Shown: positions 12,213 through 22,460 of the stretch, piece by piece
How positions within the stretch are numbered: position 1 is the stretch's first letter
Layout: each line of letters opens with the position of its first letter
Assembly (NCBI GenBank): GCA_021802825.1
Contig: JAJZRG010000002.1
Span: 92,740-156,739, forward strand
Reading direction: 5' to 3'
Length of the DNA: 64,000 nucleotides
Source of the DNA: Chloroflexota bacterium
GTDB lineage: Bacteria; Chloroflexota; Limnocylindria; Limnocylindrales; CSP1-4
The notes under the pieces: generated by a model
Database searches by the model: none
Told to the model about the DNA's origin: nothing
What the model saw: only the letters and a program-made list of their open reading frames with translations
Program-made: the position numbers and the translations under genes

Positions 12213-13250
12213 TCACTTCACCGTCAGGGTGCCGGTCATGGTGGTCGGGTGCGCCTGGCACAGGAACGGGTAGGTCCCGGCCGGGAGCGCGGGGACGTCA
12301 ACCGTCATCGTTGCGGGGCCCGGCTTGAAGTCCGTCGCGTAGGTCTTGCCGTCCGCGGTGACCGCGAGGTTGTGCACCGTCCCGGGGTCGTCGTTCGTGA
12401 ACGTGAAGGTGATCGGGGTGCCGGCCTTCGCGTCGAGCGTCTTGGTGGCGAAGCCGTCGGTGGCGGCGCCAGCAGTCGCCTCGATCGCCACAGGCTGGCC
12501 GCCGCCCGAGGGGCCGCTGGGCTGGCCGCCGCCATTGGCCGCCAGCCATGTCGCGAACTCGGCGTCCGTGACCACCTTGACCGGCATCTGCATGGTGGCG
12601 TGGTTGAGACCGCACAGCTGCGAGCACTGGAGGCGGAGCCCGCTGTCAGTGCCGTAGTCGCCGGTGGCGGTGGGGGTGAAGGACATGTAGGTCGTGAGGC
12701 CGGGGACGGCGTCGATGCGCATCCGGAAGGCCGGGACCCAGACGGAGTGGATGACGTCGATGGACGTGATCTCGAAGCCGATCTTGCGGTTCACCGGCAG
12801 CACGAGCTCGCTGTTGCTCTTCGCGCCAGTCTGCGGGTACTGCACGCTCCAGCGCCACTGCTGGCCCTGGATGCGGACGATGACGTCCGGCTGCGCGTCG
12901 AGGTGGACGACCTTGGGGAGTTCGGTCAGGCCTGGGTAGACCATCACGCCCAGCGCCATCGCCGAGGTGACCACGAACCACGCGAGCGGCAGCCGGCCGC
13001 GGCCGGAGAGCGGAACGCCGTCGCCCTCGGGTTGGCCCTTGTGCCGGAACGCGAACACGCTGTAGCCGAGGATCGCGATGACGAAGGTGAACACGGGCAC
13101 GGACATGATGAGCAGCGTCCGGAACGTGTCGTCGATCATCTGACCCTTGTCAGAAAACGTCCCCGGCTCGAAGGCGACCTGAGCCAGGATCAGACCCGCG
13201 AAGGTCAAGACCAGCCAGACCAGGCCAACGATCGCGATATGGCGCCTCAC
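12213..13250 (-). CDS. ctaC: Cytochrome c oxidase subunit II fused to a C-terminal type-1 copper (cupredoxin) domain
   Basis: Two N-terminal TM helices, CuA site (HSVWVPAF...CSQLCGLNHATM), Gly/Pro linker (GGGQPSGPSGGGQP), then a roughly 95-aa cupredoxin with His (VHNLAV) and a C-x2-H-x3-M ligand set (FLCQAHPTTMTG). Confidence 0.9.
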   Translation of the reverse strand: MRRHIAIVGLVWLVLTFAGLILAQVAFEPGTFSDKGQMIDDTFRTLLIMSVPVFTFVIAILGYSVFAFRHKGQPEGDGVPLSGRGRLPLAWFVVTSAMALGVMVYPGLTELPKVVHLDAQPDVIVRIQGQQWRWSVQYPQTGAKSNSELVLPVNRKIGFEITSIDVIHSVWVPAFRMRIDAVPGLTTYMSFTPTATGDYGTDSGLRLQCSQLCGLNHATMQMPVKVVTDAEFATWLAANGGGQPSGPSGGGQPVAIEATAGAATDGFATKTLDAKAGTPITFTFTNDDPGTVHNLAVTADGKTYATDFKPGPATMTVDVPALPAGTYPFLCQAHPTTMTGTLTVK

Positions 13251-13827
13251 GAGCGCACGACCTCCTCAGGAGCCCGCCCAGGGCTCATCGCATAGACGGG
13301 AACCAAGGCCGCCCTTCCCTCGTTCGGCCACTGGGCCCGGAGACACGAACCGCCCATGCCTTGCGGCGTGACCAAACGGCCCGCCGGGATATTACCTCCG
13401 GCCCCCGCAATATGGGCAAGAGGCCACCCGACTCCGACGCTGCATCGGTTGATCAGGCGCGCTCTTGGCTGTCGCTGCGTGAGGCGCACCTCGCCGCCAG
13501 CCCCCCGGGGATGACCGCGGGCGGCGGCGCCTTGAGCGCGGCGATCGTGCCGCGGCGATCGTGCCGTTGCCCGCATCGCTGGGGCTCGCGATGCGGTCCG
13601 GAACCCCTGGATCGGTCGCTGTGTCGCCGCAGCGGCCGACGACGAGTCGGCCGCTGCTCAGATGGGGCGCTGCTCGAGGCGATGGCCGTACCGCCTGGCG
13701 GGACGGATGGCCCCTCTCCCTCGAGTACGTTCCTGGGCCCGAGCAGCCACGGCCTGCCGGGCTCGAGCGGCCCCGCAGGCCCACGGCTCCGAGGTCCGCT
13801 ACCCCGGCGGCCCGCGCAGCGATGTGG

Positions 13828-14262
13828 TCAGCCGGCCTGGGGTGCCGCAGGCGGCTCGTCGTGCGCCTCGCCAGGCGTCGGGGTGGAGTCGACGGGCACG
13901 GGCGCAGGGGCTGGGGGAGCCGGCTGTGCCTCGACAGGCGCGGGGGCCAGCGTGACAGGCGCGGCAGCGACGGGCGGCGGCGGGGGTTCTGTGGGCGCAG
14001 GAGCAGGAGGCGCGGCCTGCGGGGCGGGCACGGGCGCCGCCTGCTGCGGGGCAGGCGCGGGTGCGACCGGCGCGGCCTGTTGCGGGGCGGGCGCGGGACC
14101 GGCCGGCGGAGCGGGCGGCGTGTCGTCGCCCGAGGCGGCCTTCCGGAACTCGCGAATGCTCTTGCCAATCGCTCCCCCGACCTCGGGCAGCTTGCCCGGC
14201 CCGACGACGATCAGCGCGATCACCAGGATCAATGCGATGTGGAGCGGTGAGAACTCGCCCAT
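13828..14262 (-). CDS. tatA: Twin-arginine translocase subunit TatA/E with a long Pro/Ala-rich repetitive tail
   Basis: MGEFSPLHIALILVIALIVVGPGKLPEVGGAIGKSIREFRKA is a canonical TatA N-terminus (TM + amphipathic helix); the C-terminus is PAPAPQQAAPV-type low complexity with internal repeats. Confidence 0.85.
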   Translation of the reverse strand: MGEFSPLHIALILVIALIVVGPGKLPEVGGAIGKSIREFRKAASGDDTPPAPPAGPAPAPQQAAPVAPAPAPQQAAPVPAPQAAPPAPAPTEPPPPPVAAAPVTLAPAPVEAQPAPPAPAPVPVDSTPTPGEAHDEPPAAPQAG

Positions 14263-14603
14263 GAGAACTCCTTCTGCCGCGCCTCCGGTGTCGTGCGGCA
14301 GGCTGCCGTGCACGCGCAGGATACTGACCGAGCGCCGGGCGTGCCCGGTCCACCCGTCCCGACCGGCCGTGCCGATGGGCAGCCGATGGGTAGCGGGTTA
14401 GCCCGACGCTGGCACGGTTGGGCCGTCGGCGCGTCATCCAGGCTGCCGGGGCGTGCGTGGCGACGCGCAGCGGGGAGTGCGGCGTCCGGACGGGCAACGA
14501 GCGCACTGGGCGTGTGCAACGCTTGGCGTGTTGCGGGCGGCAGCGAGCACTGGTCGCAGGGCCAGCGCTCGGGACCGGCGCTGCGATGCGAAGGAGGCCG
14601 GGG

Positions 14604-16364
14604 ATGGCGGAGGCGCAGCAGAGCCGCGCGGCCAGGTCCCGCGGGACCGCCGGGTCGCGCGCCACGGCGAGGTCGTGGAGCCGCGGACGGATCGGCAGTG
14701 CCCTGACTCTCGGCCTCACCGTGGCGCTTCTCGCGGCTGGCGCCGCCTTCGCCGGGCTCCGCGTCGTGCTGCCCGGCGAGCCCGCCGGCATCTCCTCGGA
14801 CGCATGGCGGTGGACGAGTCAGGGGGTGGCGGTCGTCCCCATCGGTGACGCAGGACCCTTCCGGGCTGGCGACGTGGTGACCGCCATCGACGGGCGCCCG
14901 CTCGCAGCGCGTCCCGCCGCCGTGCTCGTGCCACCCCTCGTCGATCCGGTGCCGGGCAGGCTCGAGTTCGAGGTCCAGCGGCGCGGCGGCGCGGTGTCCC
15001 TCTCGGCCGCCATCGTCCCGCAGCCGATCGGCGGGTTCCTCCTCGCCGGCCTGCCGCTGCTGGGGTTCACGCTTGTCCAGGGGTTCGTGGCCGCGCTCGC
15101 CTGGCTCCGACGCCCGGTCGAGGCGTGGCGGCGCGGGTTCCTCATCGGCTCGGCAGCGAACATCACGAGCGCGCTCATCTGGGAGCTCGGGCTGCGGCCC
15201 TCCGATCTCGTCCGAGCCGAGCCGGCATTCGGCGTGTACGTCCTGACCTTGCCGATGCACCTGCTGTTCTGGTCGTCGGTGGTCCACGTGCTGGTGTCCT
15301 GGCCACGACGCTGGGAGGCGGTCTCCGGGCGGCGCTGGGCCGTCGCCGCGGTCTACCTCGTCCCCCAGGCTTCGCTCCTGGTCGGCATGGCCCTGACCCG
15401 CGCGCAGAGCGCCAACGCGCTCGCGTGGTTCGCGACCTGGGACGACATCCTCGCCGTCGTCGTGCTCGCGATGATCGGGCTCGTCCTCGTCGCGATCGGG
15501 CGCGCCTACCTGCGCACGTCGGCCCGGCACGACATCTGGCTGCGCGTGGTCGCGGCGGCCTGCGTGGCAGTTGCGCTCGCTGTGGGCGGGCTCACGGAGC
15601 TGCCGCTGCTGTTCACCGGCCAGGCGCTGGTTGGGCGCTCCGCCGTCGCCGCCCTGGGACTGCCGCTCGCGGTGGTCCTCATCGTCGGGACGCTGCGCAG
15701 CCACATGTTCGAGGTGGACGTCCTGCTGGCGTCGCGCCGCCGCCTCGTGGTGGCCCGCGAGGAGGAGCGCAGGCGGATCCGCCGCGATCTCCACGACGGG
15801 ATCGGGCCGATGCTGGCCGCGATGACCCTCAAGGTGGACCTCGCCCGGGACGTGCTCCACGCGGATCCCGATGCAGCTGACGACGCCCTCGCGGCACTCA
15901 AGCGAGACACCCAGGAGGCGGTCGCCGAGATTCGCCGGCTGACGCGCGAGCTGCGGCCGCCTGCGCTCGATGAGCTGGGAGTCGTTGAGGCGATCCGGCA
16001 CGGCGCCTCAGACCTTGCCGGGGGCGCCGAGGGGGAGCGCGTCGCGATCGAGGTTGGGTGCGCCGGCCCATTGCCGCCCCTTGACGCCGCGGTGGAGGCC
16101 GCCGCCTACCGCATCGCCGTCGAGGCGATGACCAACGTCGTTCGGCATGCGCGGGCGCGTCGTTGCCGGGTCCGCCTGAGCGCCAACGGCGTGCTGGTGG
16201 TCGAGGTGGCCGACGACGGGGAGGGCTTCGCGTCAGGCCGCGGGGCAGGCGTCGGGATGACCTCGATGCGCGAGCGCTGCGCCGAGCTGGGCGGGTCGTT
16301 TGGGGTGGACCGGACGGCCGACGGCTGGACGGTCGTCCGCGCGACGCTGCCGGTGACCGGCTGA
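14604..16364 (+). CDS. Sensor histidine kinase (HisKA_3 type), multi-TM sensor domain
   Basis: Start at ATG 14604 preceded by GAAGGAGG; H-box RRIRRDLHDGIGPMLAAMTLKVDLA; HATPase region (AVEAMTNVVRHA...VADDGEGF); 6 or more TM helices N-terminally. Confidence 0.85.
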   Translation: MAEAQQSRAARSRGTAGSRATARSWSRGRIGSALTLGLTVALLAAGAAFAGLRVVLPGEPAGISSDAWRWTSQGVAVVPIGDAGPFRAGDVVTAIDGRPLAARPAAVLVPPLVDPVPGRLEFEVQRRGGAVSLSAAIVPQPIGGFLLAGLPLLGFTLVQGFVAALAWLRRPVEAWRRGFLIGSAANITSALIWELGLRPSDLVRAEPAFGVYVLTLPMHLLFWSSVVHVLVSWPRRWEAVSGRRWAVAAVYLVPQASLLVGMALTRAQSANALAWFATWDDILAVVVLAMIGLVLVAIGRAYLRTSARHDIWLRVVAAACVAVALAVGGLTELPLLFTGQALVGRSAVAALGLPLAVVLIVGTLRSHMFEVDVLLASRRRLVVAREEERRRIRRDLHDGIGPMLAAMTLKVDLARDVLHADPDAADDALAALKRDTQEAVAEIRRLTRELRPPALDELGVVEAIRHGASDLAGGAEGERVAIEVGCAGPLPPLDAAVEAAAYRIAVEAMTNVVRHARARRCRVRLSANGVLVVEVADDGEGFASGRGAGVGMTSMRERCAELGGSFGVDRTADGWTVVRATLPVTG

Positions 16365-16446
16365 CCCTGCCCGTAACCAGATAGGCGAGCTCGAGCGCGG
16401 GCCCGCGCTCGGCGAGCGGCGGGAGCCGGATGCCCTCTCGCGGGTG

Positions 16447-17133
16447 TCAGGCAGAGCCGAGGCCGGCGTCGCGGGCGCGCACGATCGCCTGGGCGCGGTC
16501 TGCCACCTGAAGCTTGTTGAGGATGCTCGAGACGTGGTTGCGCACGGTCTTGTCTGAGAGCCCGAACTGCTGGGCGATCGCTTGGTTGAGATCGCCGCGC
16601 GCCAGCCGCTCGAGGATCTCGCGCTCCCGCTCGGTGAGCTCCGGGAAGGCCGCCGCGGCGACCGTGGGCATGTGGCCGGTGAAGAACGCCATGACCCGAC
16701 GCGCAATGGCGGCGCCGAAGATGACCTCGCCGTGGGCGACCGCGCGGAGGGCCGTGAGCAGTTCGTCGCGGTCGGCGCCCTTGAGCAGGTACCCCCGGGC
16801 GCCCGCCCGCATCGCCGCGAAGATCGAGTCGTCATCCTCGAGCATCGACACCACGACCACGCGGACGCCGGGATCGGCGGCGACGATCCTCCGGGTCGCC
16901 TCGATGCCGCTCATGCCCGGCAGCCGCAGGTCCATGAGCACCAGGTCTGGACGGTGCGCGGCGACCATGTCGAGCGCCGTCTCGGCGTCGGGCGCCTCGC
17001 TGACCGATTCGAAGTCGCGGGTGGCGGCCAGCGCCAGGCGCAGCCCCTCGCGATACATCGGGTGGTCGTCCACCACGATGACGCGCAGGCGACGGGCCGT
17101 GTCGCCGGGCGACGTCGGGACCGAGTCATCCAT
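16447..17133 (-). CDS. Two-component response regulator, NarL/LuxR family
   Basis: Start ATG 17131-17133 (MDDSVPTS, GGAGGGG RBS); receiver (RVIVVDDHPMYREGLRLAL...LMDLRLPGMSGIE) plus LuxR HTH (LTEREREILERLARGDLNQAIAQQFGLSDKTVRNHVSSILNKL); convergent with the kinase at 14604. Confidence 0.9.
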   Translation of the reverse strand: MDDSVPTSPGDTARRLRVIVVDDHPMYREGLRLALAATRDFESVSEAPDAETALDMVAAHRPDLVLMDLRLPGMSGIEATRRIVAADPGVRVVVVSMLEDDDSIFAAMRAGARGYLLKGADRDELLTALRAVAHGEVIFGAAIARRVMAFFTGHMPTVAAAAFPELTEREREILERLARGDLNQAIAQQFGLSDKTVRNHVSSILNKLQVADRAQAIVRARDAGLGSA

Positions 17134-17364
17134 GTCCCCTCCGAGGCTGGCGCGCTGATGGTAGGCGCGCGCCGCTGGCGCGTCCCGGCCGTTTCGCACG
17201 CCGTGTCGTCCGCTCGTCGGCTGCCTCTCGGGCGAACTTCCCCTGCACCTTCCCGACCCCGCGGGACACCGTCCCCATGCACCCGGGACACCCGGCGCCG
17301 TACACCTTCGCTGTGCCTCGGGACCCCTCCCTTGGGGCCCGAGCAGAGTCGCAAGGAGCCCACC

Positions 17365-17907
17365 GTGGCCGCCAATGCCAGCCCCCGCGAGACCGGCGAC
17401 CCGGCCGTTGGCCGGCTGACCCCGGTCTGGGACGCCAGCGTCGCCTACGACGCCTATCGCGACCGCCTGTTCGCGAGCGTCGTCCGCTCCACTCGTGACG
17501 AGGAGCTCGCCGCCGACATCGTCCAGGAGGCCTTCCTGGAGCTCGTCCGCGCCGGCCGGCGCGGCGACCTGCCCCAGAACGAGCTCGCATGGCTGCACCG
17601 CGTCGCAGCCAACCGCGTCATCGACTGGTCGCGCAAGCGGGCGCGCTGGGCGGGCCACCTCCGGCCCTCCGAGGACACCGAGGAGGCGCCCGAGTCGGCC
17701 ATCCTGCGCCGCGAGGACCAGTGCGCCCTCCACGCCGTGCTCGACACACTGCCGAGCACGACCCGACGCGCGCTGCTGCTTGAGGGAGAGGGCTACCAGC
17801 CGGCCGAGATTGCGGGGATGATCGGCAGGACCCGGCAGGCAACGCGCACACTGCTGTGTCGGGCACGGCGTCGCCTCCGTGACAGCCTCGTGGCCCAGCC
17901 AGCGTGA
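17365..17907 (+). CDS. ECF (sigma-70 family) RNA polymerase sigma factor
   Basis: GTG start after AAGGAG; region 2 (DIVQEAFLELVRA...WLHRVAANRVIDWSRKR) and region 4 (RRALLLEGEGYQPAEIAGMIGRTRQATRTLLCRARRRLR). Confidence 0.8.
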   Translation: MAANASPRETGDPAVGRLTPVWDASVAYDAYRDRLFASVVRSTRDEELAADIVQEAFLELVRAGRRGDLPQNELAWLHRVAANRVIDWSRKRARWAGHLRPSEDTEEAPESAILRREDQCALHAVLDTLPSTTRRALLLEGEGYQPAEIAGMIGRTRQATRTLLCRARRRLRDSLVAQPA

Positions 17908-17953
17908 CCATCCGAAGGCCGGCATCAGTCCGAGAGGAGAGGGAGGTTCGACC

Positions 17954-19303
17954 GTGACCGCCGAGGTGGCCATCCCCGGATCGCCCGCCGTGGGCATTGC
18001 CCGCCCGACGACCCGCCTCTCGGCGGGCTCGCTCGTCCGGATCAGCCTCTACTGGCTCGGCCTGTCGTCGGTGTTCATCGGGCTCAACCAGATCCTCGAC
18101 GGCCGTATGGCGACCGGTGCGCTCGGGCCCGACGCGCAGCGCGAAGTGGGCGGGACGCTGTTCCGGCTCACCGTGGCGGGCTCGGTCATCGCCGCCCTCG
18201 TCCAGCCCACCATCGGCACCCTGTCGGACTACACGGCCTCGCGCTGGGGCCGGCGCAAGCCCTACATCGTGATCGGCTCGACTCTCGACCTCGTGTTCCT
18301 CGCGGGGATCGCGTTCTCGAACGACCTGGTCGCGATCGCCGCGTTCATCATGATGCTGCAGGTCTCGGCCAACTTCGCTCAGGGGCCGTTCCAGGGCTAC
18401 ATCCCCGACCTCGTCCCGGCCGAGCAGACCGGCATCGCCTCATCGCTGGTCGGCCTGTTCAGCGTGCTCGGGCAGGTCTGCGGCTTCGGCATCGCGGCGG
18501 CCGCGCTCGCGACGGACTCGTTCGCCTTGGGTACCCTGGCCCTGGGCCTGCTCGAGTTCGCGATGATGTTCTCGGTGGTCGTGCGCGTGCCCGACGGCCC
18601 GCCGGCCCGCGACCGCATGGGGCGCTCTTGGGTCACGGTCGCCCGCGAGGCGTGGGGGTCGGACATCCTGCGCCAGCGCAACTTCCTGCTGATCGTCGCC
18701 TCCCGGCTCCTCATCCTGATGGGCGGGACCATGCTGATCAACTTCTCGCCCCTGTTCCTGATGCGGACGCTGGGCATCGACCAGCACGCCACCTTCGCCC
18801 CGAACCTAGCGCTCATCGCGGCCGTCGTTGTGGGCAACGCCATCGCGGTCATCCCGGCCGGGCGGGTCGGCGACCGGATCGGCCGGCGCCCGGTGGTCTG
18901 GGCCGCCTGTGTGATGGCCGCGGCGGGCATGGCGCTGTGCGCCACGGCGACGGGCAACGGCAGCCTGCCGCTCCAGGTCGTGCTCGGTGCCGGGCTGTTC
19001 GGCACCGGCATGGGCTCGTTCCTGTCCGTGGACTGGGCGCTCCTGACCTCGGTCGTGCCGGGCGCCGCCGGCGGGCGGTACATGGGCATCAGCAACGTCG
19101 CCACCGCGATGGCCGGCGTGTTCAGCATCGCAACCGGCGGCCCGCTGCTCGACGCCGTGGACGCTGCGACGTTCGGCAATGGTGCGCGCGCGGCGTTCGC
19201 CCTCGCGGTCGGCTACCTGATCCTCGGCATGTTGCCACTGATCTGGGTCAGGGAGCCGCCGCGGGGCAAGCCCGGCCCGAGCGCCGTCGCGGCCGCGGCG
19301 TAG
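17954..19303 (+). CDS. MFS-type transporter
   Basis: GTG start after GGAGAGGGAGG; about 12 TM helices; no anti-sigma factor is evident between it and the ECF sigma gene. Confidence 0.75.
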   Translation: MTAEVAIPGSPAVGIARPTTRLSAGSLVRISLYWLGLSSVFIGLNQILDGRMATGALGPDAQREVGGTLFRLTVAGSVIAALVQPTIGTLSDYTASRWGRRKPYIVIGSTLDLVFLAGIAFSNDLVAIAAFIMMLQVSANFAQGPFQGYIPDLVPAEQTGIASSLVGLFSVLGQVCGFGIAAAALATDSFALGTLALGLLEFAMMFSVVVRVPDGPPARDRMGRSWVTVAREAWGSDILRQRNFLLIVASRLLILMGGTMLINFSPLFLMRTLGIDQHATFAPNLALIAAVVVGNAIAVIPAGRVGDRIGRRPVVWAACVMAAAGMALCATATGNGSLPLQVVLGAGLFGTGMGSFLSVDWALLTSVVPGAAGGRYMGISNVATAMAGVFSIATGGPLLDAVDAATFGNGARAAFALAVGYLILGMLPLIWVREPPRGKPGPSAVAAAA

Positions 19304-19323
19304 GGGCTGGCCAGGCCGCCCGG

Positions 19324-20103
19324 CTAGCCGCGGTCGTTCACCGCCGGCTGGCCCGGTGGTCGCGCGCCCGCACCCGACTTGGCGGGTTGGGAGCCCGGCG
19401 CCCACGGCGTGCCCAGTCTGGGCAGGAGCCAGCGGTCGACGCCGTAGTAGCCGGCCACCTTCCACGCCATCATCACGCCCACGCCGAGCGCGAACATGAC
19501 GGGATTGGTCGACGCGGTACCTGCGAGCAGGTACGACATGTTCATGAACGAGCCGAAGAACGCGGCGAGACCGGTCAGGGCACCCACGATGAGTCCGATG
19601 CCCACCAGCAGCTCGCCGAACGCGATCAGCGGCGCGAACCAGGTGTAGTGGCCGCCGTTGAGCAGGAAGCTCAGGAAGTCGCGGTACCAGTCGTAGGTGA
19701 TCGGGCCCTTGCCCGTGTCGGACACGGCAATCGCCGCGGTCCAATAGCCCTTCAGGGCGGAGCCCCCGTCGATCCAGCCGGGGCTGGTGAGCTTGTGGAG
19801 ACCGGCCTCCAGCCAGGTGAAGCCGAGGAACACCCGGATCGGGAGCCAGACCAGGCCGGCCCGCGAATTGCCGAACAGGAAGCGCGAGAAGTCGGGCCCC
19901 TCGATCTCGACGTTCCCCGACCGCGGGTCCCGGCGGGCGTCGAGGTAGAGCACGACGACGAGAGCGAGCGCGAGGACCCAGAACGCGAGCGACACGATCG
20001 GCGTCAGACTGTCCGGAACGCTGACCCAAGGATTGACCATCCAGACCAGCAGGACGGTCGCGACGGCGCCTATGGCGACCGCCAGCGAGCGAGAGCGGGA
20101 CAT
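19324..20103 (-). CDS. DoxX-family membrane protein
   Basis: Start ATG 20101-20103 (MSRSRSLAVAIG, GGGAGGA RBS); DoxX-like 4-TM pattern (VFLGFTWLEAGLHKL...LIAFGELLVGIGLIVG). Confidence 0.8.
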   Translation of the reverse strand: MSRSRSLAVAIGAVATVLLVWMVNPWVSVPDSLTPIVSLAFWVLALALVVVLYLDARRDPRSGNVEIEGPDFSRFLFGNSRAGLVWLPIRVFLGFTWLEAGLHKLTSPGWIDGGSALKGYWTAAIAVSDTGKGPITYDWYRDFLSFLLNGGHYTWFAPLIAFGELLVGIGLIVGALTGLAAFFGSFMNMSYLLAGTASTNPVMFALGVGVMMAWKVAGYYGVDRWLLPRLGTPWAPGSQPAKSGAGARPPGQPAVNDRG

Positions 20104-20377
20104 GACGTCCTCCCGTCCCAAGCGCCGATCGCGAGCCACGCCGGTGGGACGATGCTGGCGCGGGTCGGCCGCGGGAGTCGCGCGGGAACCCGCGCGAACG
20201 CCGTGCGACCCAATTCTAGTCGGCCCGGTGATACAGCGCGGGGCCACCCGGGGTGCCCGAGATGCGATCCCGCGTGAAAGCGCGGCACGAGTCGTTGCGG
20301 CCGGGTGCTTCGCGGTTGCGCTCCTGCGCGCCCAGAGGCCCGGCCACCCGCGCCCGGCCGCCTGCTCGTCAGGGAAC

Positions 20378-20854
20378 TCAGCTGGCCGTGGGCTTGCCCT
20401 TGGTGTGGCCAAGGAACCAGCGCATGCACTTGTGCCCGAAGTCGGCCTTCGGCCCGAACATGAGGGGACAGGCGCCAGCGATCACGGTCAGGCCAGCGGC
20501 GCGGCCGGCCTCCACCGCGGCCTCATCGACGCTGCCGCCGCCGAACGAGCGGTGCATCCACACCCGGCGCACGCCCAGCTTGACGCAGTCGTCCACGACC
20601 GCCCCCGTGACGCTGGGGTTGGTCGCGATCACGACCCCGTCCACGCCGCCCGGCACGTCGGCGAGGCTGGGGTAGCAGGGGTCGCCCTCGACCGTGTCGG
20701 CATTGGGGTTGACTGCGAACACCTCGTAGCCGCGCTGCTTGAGGCTCTTGTAGACGAAGTTGCCCCCATGGCCGCCGGCATCGCGCGAGACGCCGGCGAC
20801 GGCGATGCGCCGCTGGGCGAGGAAGTCAGCCGCGGCTTCGGCTACGGTGGTCAT
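20378..20854 (-). CDS. CoA-binding domain protein (YccU-like)
   Basis: MTTVAEAAADFLAQRRIAVAGVSRDAGGHGGNFVYKSLKQRGYEVFAVNPNADTVEGDPCYPSLADVPGGVDGVVIATNP matches the CoA_binding_2 pattern; RBS GGGAGGGATGGAG. Confidence 0.8.
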   Translation of the reverse strand: MTTVAEAAADFLAQRRIAVAGVSRDAGGHGGNFVYKSLKQRGYEVFAVNPNADTVEGDPCYPSLADVPGGVDGVVIATNPSVTGAVVDDCVKLGVRRVWMHRSFGGGSVDEAAVEAGRAAGLTVIAGACPLMFGPKADFGHKCMRWFLGHTKGKPTAS

Positions 20855-21104
20855 GCTGCTCCATCCCTCCCGGCGGTCCTGCGCCGCCACGTCGGTGCCA
20901 CGGTAGGGGACTCCCTGCCGGCGGCGACAGGGCCGGTGGTCCCGGTCGCGCAGGCGTTCGTGGCCCCAGGCGCTCGCCTCGGCCGAATGCCAGGACCCCG
21001 GAAGACGCGTCGCGAGGATGGAGCCCGCGATCACCAGCGCGAACCACCGGCCATCGTCGGCCCGATCTCCGGGTCCGCCCCCGGCAGGCGTGCGAGACGC
21101 GCGA

Positions 21105-21806
21105 TCAGCGCAGCCAGGCCGGGGAGCCCTCCTCGAGCCCCGGCAGGGCGGCGAGGTAGCGCATCACCGGCAGGGACGCCGCGAGGTCCGCCGCGACCCG
21201 CTCGGGCAGGTCCCTCGCGAGGACGTCGGTGTCGCTCAGCGGGTGGCCGAACACCACATCCTTGAGCCTGAGGAGTTCAATGTCGGGGTCGACGGGATCG
21301 AAGCCGGTTGGGGCGCGCTTGAGTTTCGCGTCCGCTTCGAGGGCGCCGTATGCGGCGACGAACGCGGGGTCGTCGATTGCGGCATGGACCCCGTCGCGAT
21401 CGCTTACCACCGCATGGCGCCAGGCTGCGAGGCGCGCCGGGGACGGGTGGTACATGCCGCCGCCCGTGAAGGATTCACCGGGCGCGAGGTGGAGGTAGCC
21501 TCCGACGCCACCGCCCTCGCCGGTCCACGGGAAGCTGGCGCCGAGATTCGTCTTGTAGGGCGCCTTGTCCTTGGTGAATCGGACGTCGCGGTAGATGCGG
21601 AACGGCGAGCGCTCGTCCGCGCGCATGGGGATCCCGCGAGCCGCGAACTCCTCACCCAGCGCCAGGCAGAAGCGCTGGAGCGGATCCTTGAGCAGCTCCT
21701 CGTATCGGGCCTTGCGGGGCGTGAACCAGGCCCGGTCGTTGTTGAGCCCGAGCTCGACGAGGAAGTCAAGCGCCTGTGGGCGAAAGCCCTCGAAGCCCGA
21801 AGTCAT
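21105..21806 (-). CDS. DUF2461 (TIGR02453) family protein
   Basis: FRIYRDVRFTKDKAPYKTNLGASF and surrounding sequence are characteristic of the DUF2461 family. Confidence 0.8.
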   Translation of the reverse strand: MTSGFEGFRPQALDFLVELGLNNDRAWFTPRKARYEELLKDPLQRFCLALGEEFAARGIPMRADERSPFRIYRDVRFTKDKAPYKTNLGASFPWTGEGGGVGGYLHLAPGESFTGGGMYHPSPARLAAWRHAVVSDRDGVHAAIDDPAFVAAYGALEADAKLKRAPTGFDPVDPDIELLRLKDVVFGHPLSDTDVLARDLPERVAADLAASLPVMRYLAALPGLEEGSPAWLR

Positions 21807-21886
21807 CGGCGGTCCTCCCGCTGCCTTGCCGGCGCGTGCCAGCGATCAGCCGACGATGGCCCGCACCGCTGATGCCAGGCTCTTGG

Positions 21887-22129
21887 TCAGTCGGGCTTCC
21901 TGTAGGCGACCGCGATGCCGCCGACCTTGGCCTCCAGGCTCTGGAGCTGCTTGACCTGCTCGTCTGAGAGCGGGGCAGGCGCCAGCGGCAACGAGGCGGG
22001 AACGTCGCGCCGCGGGTCGCCTGGGGCGTAGACGACCACGAAGTCGGCGCCGATGGCTTGTTCGGTCTCCTCGACGAGCGCGAGGCGGGCCGGGTCGAGC
22101 CTGGCCCAAGTCCATGTCTGTCCGGTCAT
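21887..22129 (-). CDS. Hypothetical small protein (80 aa)
   Basis: Internal ATG 22127-22129 with GGAGG RBS; MTGQTWTWARLDP...; coding-like GC3. Confidence 0.45.
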   Translation of the reverse strand: MTGQTWTWARLDPARLALVEETEQAIGADFVVVYAPGDPRRDVPASLPLAPAPLSDEQVKQLQSLEAKVGGIAVAYRKPD

Positions 22130-22460
22130 CTGAACCTCCGTCACGTGGGCGGGATGATGGTACGACTGCGGCGCAACGGGGCGGCCGATGCTGTGGAGCA
22201 TCGTTCGGGCAGCGGTCGCAGTCCCCGGTCAGCCTGCCGTCGGGGCTGGCTCGACCAGCCGCCGGTCGGGGTCTCGTGCTCGCGGCTGCCGTTCCGGCCG
22301 GGCTAGGTCGCCAACACAGAACGCGGCCACGGGCGAGCCGGCGAAGGCGTTGGCCCCACCGCGTCACTGCTGGCGAGGGCCACCGCCCACGGCGCTCCTC
22401 GTGAGAGGGGGCTACCCTGACCCGCGGGAGACGAGTCCCCCCACCGCCCGGAGGTGCTTC

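Noticed and set aside
17134-17997. N-terminal 288 codons of the 516-aa minus ORF containing the response regulator
   Set aside because: Low-complexity; the receiver domain starts at MDDSVPTS with a good RBS.
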